From: Hydrurus foetidus
Lineage: Eukaryota
Direction of reading: 5' to 3'
Length of the DNA: 57,925 nucleotides
NCBI GenBank assembly: GCA_900617105.1
Contig: UYFQ01000363.1
Span: 62,001-119,925, forward strand
In this document: piece after piece, positions 50,907-57,925 of the stretch
Layout: each line of letters begins with the position of its first letter
Numbering within the stretch: the stretch's first letter is position 1
Notes under the pieces: generated by a model
What the model saw: the letters and a program-made list of their open reading frames with translations, nothing else
Told to the model about the DNA's origin: nothing
Database searches by the model: none
Made by a program: the position numbers and the translations under genes

Positions 50907-52446
50907 CAAGGGGGTATAAAAAGGAGAGGGGGCGGCTTCACCGCCTGGCCCCACCAAAAAAAACCTCACAGCTCTCTCACTCAAAATTCGAAATCCTGAA
51001 CTACCCAACCCGCGCTCACAGCACTGAGCACAGTACACAGAGTATTGCACAGTTACAGGAATTTCAGCAGACGGACATCATCCGTTGTCAAACGGAAGTG
51101 GATTCTAAGCGTTGAAGGTAAAAATTTGCTGGCGCGTTTTAGCGGGAGTTTACGCCTTCAATTTTCTGCGAAAAAATGATAAAAATCCACATATTTCGCA
51201 GCTTGCTCGCAGTCATGCAGGATTCCTGTAGTGGCACCGATGCTGGACTCTCCAGCATCTAATATTCTATTCAGGTAGGCAGTATAAAAGGTAGAAATTC
51301 ACCTCAACGTGCCCTACGAGTCGAAAAATTGCAATCTCAAATGCACCACGATTTTCATCAAAAACGACGACTCGACTATTTCAACTAGGAATCACATCCC
51401 AAAGCACTGATAGACACCAAAAGTTCCCATTTATCGATGGGAGTCCGCCACGCTTCTTGGATTTCGTAGGGTAGCCCCAGATTCTTTTCTTTCTCCTGTT
51501 TAACCACTAAGAAATTTAGAGCGAAAATAACCAGCGCATCATCTTTTTTGAGGCCAGCACTCAACTGCTTTTTCTAATTCCACAACTCAGCGACTCAAAA
51601 TACAAGGAAGCTCAAAGTTCTTTAAATTACAGCACATGAAACACTTTCTTACTAGAAAAAGTCTATCTACAGAAATCAGGCTACTTTTGTAGCTGCGCAA
51701 CCGAGGCTGTCGAATCCAGAAGCGATCAGATCCTTCGGAAAAATGGAGTCAATTAAAGTAGGAAAATATAATCCAATAGCATGCTTACAGAGTCGGTAAG
51801 CTCGAAGGGCAGCGGTGGCCTTCGGTTATTGCATTACCGATGCAACGATTTCTCCTGTCTTGTGCCTACAGCGCTGTGCTGGTTTGCATTCGAGGCGATT
51901 ACATGCTGCTGGCCACGGCATCCTCGCTGCTTCCATCCCTTGCATAGCAATTATGATCCTGCATAGAATAGCAGATGAAAGATGTTGAATGGGTGTTTAA
52001 GCTCATAGGAGAGATCGGTCGGCATGTCGTGGAGTGGAAAAACAGTAAAATTTCAATTTTTAAACTAACGGAGGCAAACTTTGACAGTGCACTTGTAGAG
52101 TACTAGACGTAATATTGCCGAAGTTTGCCTCCGTTAGTTACACAGGGCAAAAAGAAAGTGAAAAAAAAATGCTTCCAGGCCTCAAGCGAATTCGAGGTAT
52201 GACCTTGTCAATCAATAAATTTCACGACGGATTCAGCTAGATGGAGATGTGATCAGTCGGAATGATATCATACCTTTCCGTGAGATGCAGCGACAATTTT
52301 GTAATATGTGTTGGCCAGAGGTTAGATATTCAGGTGAGATAGCACAATTTGATAGTGGTAGTTCAAACTTGAGTGAGAGAGCTGTGAGGTTTTTTTTGGC
52401 GGGGCCAGGTGGGGAAGCCGCCCCCTCTCCTTTTTATACCCCCTTG
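50907..52446. mobile_element. 1540-bp non-autonomous TIR element (P-superfamily-like) nested in the pogo left TIR
   Basis: ~86-bp TIRs CAAGGGGGTATAAAAAGGAGAG.../...CTCTCCTTTTTATACCCCCTTG. 7-bp TSD ctgtaac at 50900-50906 and 52447-52453. The empty site is visible in the right TIR. The superfamily is inferred only from termini and TSD length. Confidence 0.85.
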
Positions 52447-53284
52447 CTGTAACGTACAGTACACAGTACAGTAATCCGTTCTGGTGCACCTGTGAAAATT
52501 TGTACCATCTGCCATGCGGTGATACTTGGTGCGTGTGTGTGTGGAAACCACCAGACTCCGACTTGAACTTTTTGTTTTTTCGACATTCGGCAGTTTTCAG
52601 CACAAAAACGCGTGAGTTTTTTCCATATAAAATGAGTTCTATTTTTGCAGGTCACATCATCAAATCTGTGATCTCGTGATCTCCAGTACCGGGAATAATT
52701 GGGTACTCCGGGAAAAATTGGGTCCAACGTTTCAATGTTGCAAACTCGAGGTGACCTGCCAACTTTCATCTCCAGATATCATAACTATCATACCGACTAC
52801 CGATGACTGTTCTAAGGTCCTCTGTCGACTAATAGGCACTGCTAGAAAAGCATTGCCGCAGTCAATTTTGCTGCAGCTTCAGCCGTTCGATAGTTATCGA
52901 ACGCCAAAGAGTTCGCTTCTTTCTTCCAAAAGGTAACTTTTCTTGCAACCTCATGAAGACTACCGCTCATATCTGAAAGCCGAAAATCCCGCAGAATGTG
53001 CCTGACACCTATCTCATCGGTCCAAATTTCAGGAATTTCTCAAATTGATCTCATTGCAGAGTTGTCGATCATGGTGTCAAGACCTTAACTGTCATTTATT
53101 ATCTGACTTTGCAGGTATCATATCATAAAAGTTGCTCCAATCGTTTCCTACCAAGTAGCAATTGATTTTCATTCAATAAACACTTTTATTGAGCTTTCTG
53201 AAAGCCATCGTTCCGATCAGCCTCTAACTATATCAACTTTTCAATCCATTTTGTGTGACGTTACTACGCATTTCGGAGAAGCTG

Positions 53285-55498
53285 ATGCCAAAAAAGATAG
53301 GTTACGGTGCTCTGAGCGATAATGAGAGAGAGGAGAGACGGAGAAAAGATGTTAATAATAGTCCTCCGTCACCGAGCTTCGATAAAGTGACGAACATGGC
53401 AAATGCTTTAAAATGGCATGCTTGGGGTTGGAGTATGGTAGACTCCTACACAAAGGCTGGTGTAAGCAAAAAAAACTTTAGAAGGTCAGATATAGTACAG
53501 ATATTGATTTTAATTAGCCTACAATTGTATTTTTTTAATCATCTCTATTATTACATTAGGGCCCAAGCTGATATTCTAAAAGGTGGGACCGGTCTCGACT
53601 TGAAAAGTGGACGCCCATCTCTACTGTCTGAGAGTGGTGTCGCGTCGCTAAATCAGCAACTAGTTTCAAGTGCAAAAAGTTGTACAGCAATTAAAGAGCA
53701 CGACTTTGGTTCTGTATTACGTTCAGCCATATCTGATGACAACAATAACTCATTCGTCGATATCACACTGGATCGGAAAACGATAAAAAAATACCAAAAA
53801 AAGGCCGCCGGGGTAGTGAGACCGGCGGACGTAAAATCAAATAGTAGGTTAAAAGCGTTTGAAAATATACGAAACCAAATCTCGTGGGCAGCTGCTATGA
53901 GGTATATCTTTCAGTAAGTCCACTACCGTTTGTTCTTTTCGTGTGACGACGTCTCCATATTAGTCAACAAGATGGATGATGTTAAGCCGAAGGTAATCTT
54001 AACGAAGGAGGCAATAGAGTTCCTCAACTCCCACCACTTGTCTGTATCAACCGATGGTGCACAAGAGCAGCAAAGAATGATCACTTTCAACATATGCATT
54101 GGAGGAGGATGTGAGGCTCCATCAAAGGTCATCAAATTTGCAGATCGCAATTTCGAAGACCTTAAATTGAAACCGAAGATAATCATACTTGAGCCTAATT
54201 TGAGCATTCTCCTTTATCATCCATCAATGGATGAAATTCAACTAAATGTCTGGATGTTTCAAATCTGCATCATCCCTCAGCTCGAACCACTAAGGTATGC
54301 TCTTATGTCTGAAGTCTTTATTAAATACATATATTTTTAGTAATATCTTCCTACATGTCTTAGATCGAAGGCAGTAAACGACGAAATTGACGGCATACCA
54401 GATATCCAACTATCTCAATACTCGGTCCCTGACGAGCTTGAATTGACGTCTGCAGGAAGCGTAGAAGAGACAGAACGACGGGAGATGATCAGAGAGAAGT
54501 ATCAGTATATATGCATAGCATTTGACGGAGATCATCCACAAATAGTTGCAACAGAGAGATTTCTGATACCAAGAAGCATTTCGAAGAAGCAAGACCTAGT
54601 ATTTGCTAAATGGGCAGGGGGATGCTCAATGACCCAATCTCCCAATGACAACAACAGGGGAATGCATCCGGTACTAAAAAAGACATATGGGGACAGTAAA
54701 TTCCGTTACGAGAGTATAGCTGATCCCTCAGGGGGGAAGTGGGTCCTACTCAAAGCGTATCTAAAGAAGTATTTGGAACCGGCATCGTTCCGCACCGTGT
54801 GGAAAGCAATGTGCTACGCACCTTCAACCCTACAAAATGCCTGCAAGTCATCTAGCATCCGATGTGCATACCACAATACGGGTATCATCGATCAACAAAG
54901 GTTGATCGACATGCAAAATGGATCTGAAACGGATCCAAGTAACCCAAGAACTATCCTAGGCGTAAATCCCTTTTTCAATACTTTCTCCAAGGAAGATGGA
55001 GAGTTTATGTTGAGCAAAATAAATGAGTTTGCGGAGATTACGTCAAGGTTCGGATACATCCCCGAGGCAGAATACACTAAGGTGCTCATGGGGAAGGCGT
55101 ACCTCGACAATTGTCCCCTTTTAAAGCCAGGAGCAAAATTACTGAACGATATGGTGACAAATAGACAAAGGAACATTGTTATGTCAAATAAGGCGTTTAC
55201 TGATCAGTCGCGTGCTAGATCAGAGAATGCCAAGATGGCAACAGCAGATAAAGAATCCAGGGAGATCGAATTGAAAATGTTTAGGCCAGCTGACAAATTG
55301 GCCGCATTGCAGAAGAAAAAAGAAGATAAGAACAGAATTGAGAAAGAGGTACTGGAGGTGAGAAGGAAAAAAGAAGAAGCAAAGGAAGAGGCGAAGAAAG
55401 AGAAGATTAAAGAAAATAACGAGGTAAAAAGGAGAAGAGAGGAAGAAAAAGGTCTCAACAAAAGGAGCAAGAAAAACGTCACCTCATCTAATTCATAA
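53285..55498 (+). pseudogene. Pogo-like DDD transposase (DD40D) with one premature stop
   Basis: ATG immediately inside the TIR. Introns ~53484-53559 and ~54295-54363. Catalytic motifs FFSCDD, AFDGDHPQ, TQSPND. In-frame TAA at 53915-53917 (YIFQ*VHYRLFFSCD). Lys/Glu-rich tail. Confidence 0.75.
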
Positions 55499-56750
55499 TT
55501 TTCAGCTGCCATCGTATTCTAATTGTCGCATTTAGTCTGTCATTGTCAGATCAAATACTTTATCGCACGGAAACTCTCAACACTATCTCGAACTACGTTC
55601 GATATAATCGTTACATATCATTGATCTCATTCGTGCGCATCCCCTCGATTTGATATGGAATGTTTCAAAAAAACTTTCTCGCGAATTAAGCATGTATCTC
55701 TACTTTCTCTGTAACCACACTTGTCGCAAATACTCGGGAATCTCGTTAATTCCAAAATAATTCAGAGCATTTCCAATTACAGAATCGTGGCATTGAAATG
55801 TCCGTAATGCTTGAAGTAATAGTAGCCATCATATTCCAAAAATTTTGCCCTAATCTGTGCATTACTGTCCATGTTTCATGAGTCCGAAAAGCAGCTTCTC
55901 CGAATTGCGTAGTAACGTCACACAAAATGGATTGAAAAGTTGATATAGTTAGAGGCTGATCGGAACGATGGCTTTCAGAAAGCTCAATAAAAGTGTTTAT
56001 TGAATGAAAATCAATTGCTACTTGGTAGGAAACGATTGGAGCAACTTTTATGATATGATACCTGCAAAGTCAGATAATAAATGACAGTTAAGGTCTTGAC
56101 ACCATGATCGACAACTCTGCAATGAGATCAATTTGAGAAATTCCTGAAATTTGGACCGATGAGATAGGTGTCAGGCACATTCTGCGGGATTTTCGGCTTT
56201 CAGATATGAGCGGTAGTCTTCATGAGGTTGCAAGAAAAGTTACCTTTTGGAAGAAAGAAGCGAACTCTTTGGCGTTCGATAACTATCGAACGGCTGAAGC
56301 TGCAGCAAAATTGACTGCGGCAATGCTTTTCTAGCAGTGCCTATTAGTCGACAGAGGACCTTAGAACAGTCATCGGTAGTCGGTATGATAGTTATGATAT
56401 CTGGAGATGAAAGTTGGCAGGTCACCTCGAGTTTGCAACATTGAAACGTTGGACCCAATTTTTCCCGGAGTACCCAATTATTCCCGGTACTGGAGATCAC
56501 GAGATCACAGATTTGATGATGTGACCTACAAAAATAGAACTCATTTTATATGGAAAAAACTCACGCGTTTTTGTGCTGAAAACTGCCGAATGTCGAAAAA
56601 ACAAAAAGTTCAAGTCGGAGTCTGGTGGTTTCCACACACACACGCACCAAGTACCACCGCATGGCAGATGGTACAAATTTTCACAGGTGCACCAGAACGG
56701 ATTACTGTACTGTGTACTGTACGTTACAGGACCCTCGCTCAATATTTCTA

Positions 56751-57925
56751 GATATCACCAAAGCAGAATAAAATGATATGTACTATTTTCCAAAAAAATT
56801 CAGATGGAGTGGTGGTGAAACCGATCACCCCACACGGCCCCACACCATACTAAAAAATAAAAAAGCAAAAATGGCGAACGTTCCTCGGTTTTTATTTTTA
56901 TGGTGTGAAGAATGTGATGGTGATCAGTTCCTCTGACCACGAAATATTTTATATCGACCTGATTCTCTTTAATAAATCGATCAAATTTTTTAAAAAAAAG
57001 ACGAAAAAATAAGAAAAAGAGTCCGTTCGGCGACACCGAAAAACTCCATATTTCGCCTATTTCACTGTTTTTTTGGAATACCGTCCAGTGCCTCTTTATT
57101 TGTATTCCGGTTTTGGCCAAAAATTGCCTTTTTCACCGTCGAATCGGCTGTTTCGCCGGAGAGATATCCCTCTAAATAAATTCAATATTACCCCTATTAT
57201 CTGATGATCTAATTGCCCCTAATATCCCTCTAAGAAATTCAAGATTACTACTAATTTTCGAAGTTCCGAAACAGATTTTTATGTCAATTTTCCTGGCGCA
57301 TCTGCCAGCTCAGTTGTTTCGATGTCATCCAAATCATCAAGCACTACTCAAGTAGAGAGCGCGCAGAAGTCACAAATTCACTTCTTCTGCGTCAGAAATT
57401 CGCCTTTCCGGCAACAAATGTCTGTCCTCTGACGAAGAAAAATCTTCCGGGTACTCCAAATCCACCTTTCACGATGAGATATCCAGCGAAAGAGTGATAA
57501 AAGTCGATCTCGAAATGCTCCCAGTCGTTGATGTAATTGCAAATATCTTGGCGTCGCAACTTTTTCTGGTTCCAGTTCATTGTGAATGCCTGTAGTATAG
57601 GGTCCCAATAACACCCATTTGCAGATATGAGTGCACTCTCTCCCGTATGCCCTCCTCCAGACGCAAACTGTAGGCAGAATTCAAGCCGGTGATATAGTGA
57701 CTCAATGGAATTTTCCCGTGGGTAAAAGCTCGAGATACCATTGAGAATGTCTCTTCCAACAGGATATGACTTAGATGCCACTTCTTCACCAAATTCTATG
57801 CACCGAAGAGTGATTTCTGCGTCGAGATCATGTCGCATTTTGCAATACCATTCATGAACAATTCCAGATTTGTAGTTCTCGTTTCCTGGGTGATGATCTC
57901 TGATAGTATTGAATGCACCGGATAA
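56751..57925. mobile_element. Left part of a longer relative of the 46757-47006 MITE, running off the window
   Basis: First ~143 bp match the MITE's left end after TA, then diverge. No right TIR in the window. Confidence 0.45.
57392..57925 (-). CDS. Hypothetical protein, 5'-partial (frame open to the window edge)
   Basis: ORF 57392-57838 extends without a stop to 57925. No recognisable motif. Confidence 0.4.
   Translation of the reverse strand, partial: LSGAFNTIRDHHPGNENYKSGIVHEWYCKMRHDLDAEITLRCIEFGEEVASKSYPVGRDILNGISSFYPRENSIESLYHRLEFCLQFASGGGHTGESALISANGCYWDPILQAFTMNWNQKKLRRQDICNYINDWEHFEIDFYHSFAGYLIVKGGFGVPGRFFFVRGQTFVAGKANF

Larger units (their letters stand above)
50881..56748 (+). mobile_element. 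IS630/Tc1/mariner (pogo-like) DNA transposon with 857-bp TIRs and TA TSD
   Basis: TA|gaaatattgagcgagggtcc ... ggaccctcgctcaatatttc|TA. Left TIR = 50881-50906 + 52454-53284; right TIR = 55892-56748. Transposase lies between them. Confidence 0.88.

Noticed and set aside
46503..56776. Recurring short ORFs (MLKTAECR..., MKVGRSPR..., MISSTGNN...)
   Set aside because: They lie within the repeated TIR sequence; no coding evidence.

Overview
Eukaryotic nuclear DNA with GT-AG introns and microsatellite-rich introns. Bipartite signal+transit presequences (e.g. LeuB 'SA|FSP') point to a photosynthetic stramenopile (ochrophyte). The first 46 kb is gene-dense: a BAF-like gene, RNase H2 subunit C, GET1/WRB-like, a ~400-bp hairpin, a Dpy-30-motif pseudogene fragment, an intronless threonine-aldolase-like/cNMP/BFN-like/UVR-like fusion with substituted catalytic residues, plastid LeuB, a PH-domain protein, a ~15.6-kb multi-exon gene ending in CaaX, two probable plastid-targeted hypotheticals, cysteine dioxygenase, an old yellow enzyme and a full-size ABCG transporter. 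From 46499 onward is a nested transposon cluster. It holds an intact intron-containing Crypton tyrosine recombinase flanked by GTGGA-N9-TCCAC sites, and a pogo-like DD40D element with 857-bp TIRs, TA TSD and a nonsense mutation. A 1.54-kb P-like TIR element (7-bp TSD) sits in the left TIR, and there is a TA-flanked MITE. A ~400-bp direct repeat brackets the ~10-kb unit. All family calls come from motif recognition by eye; no searches were run.
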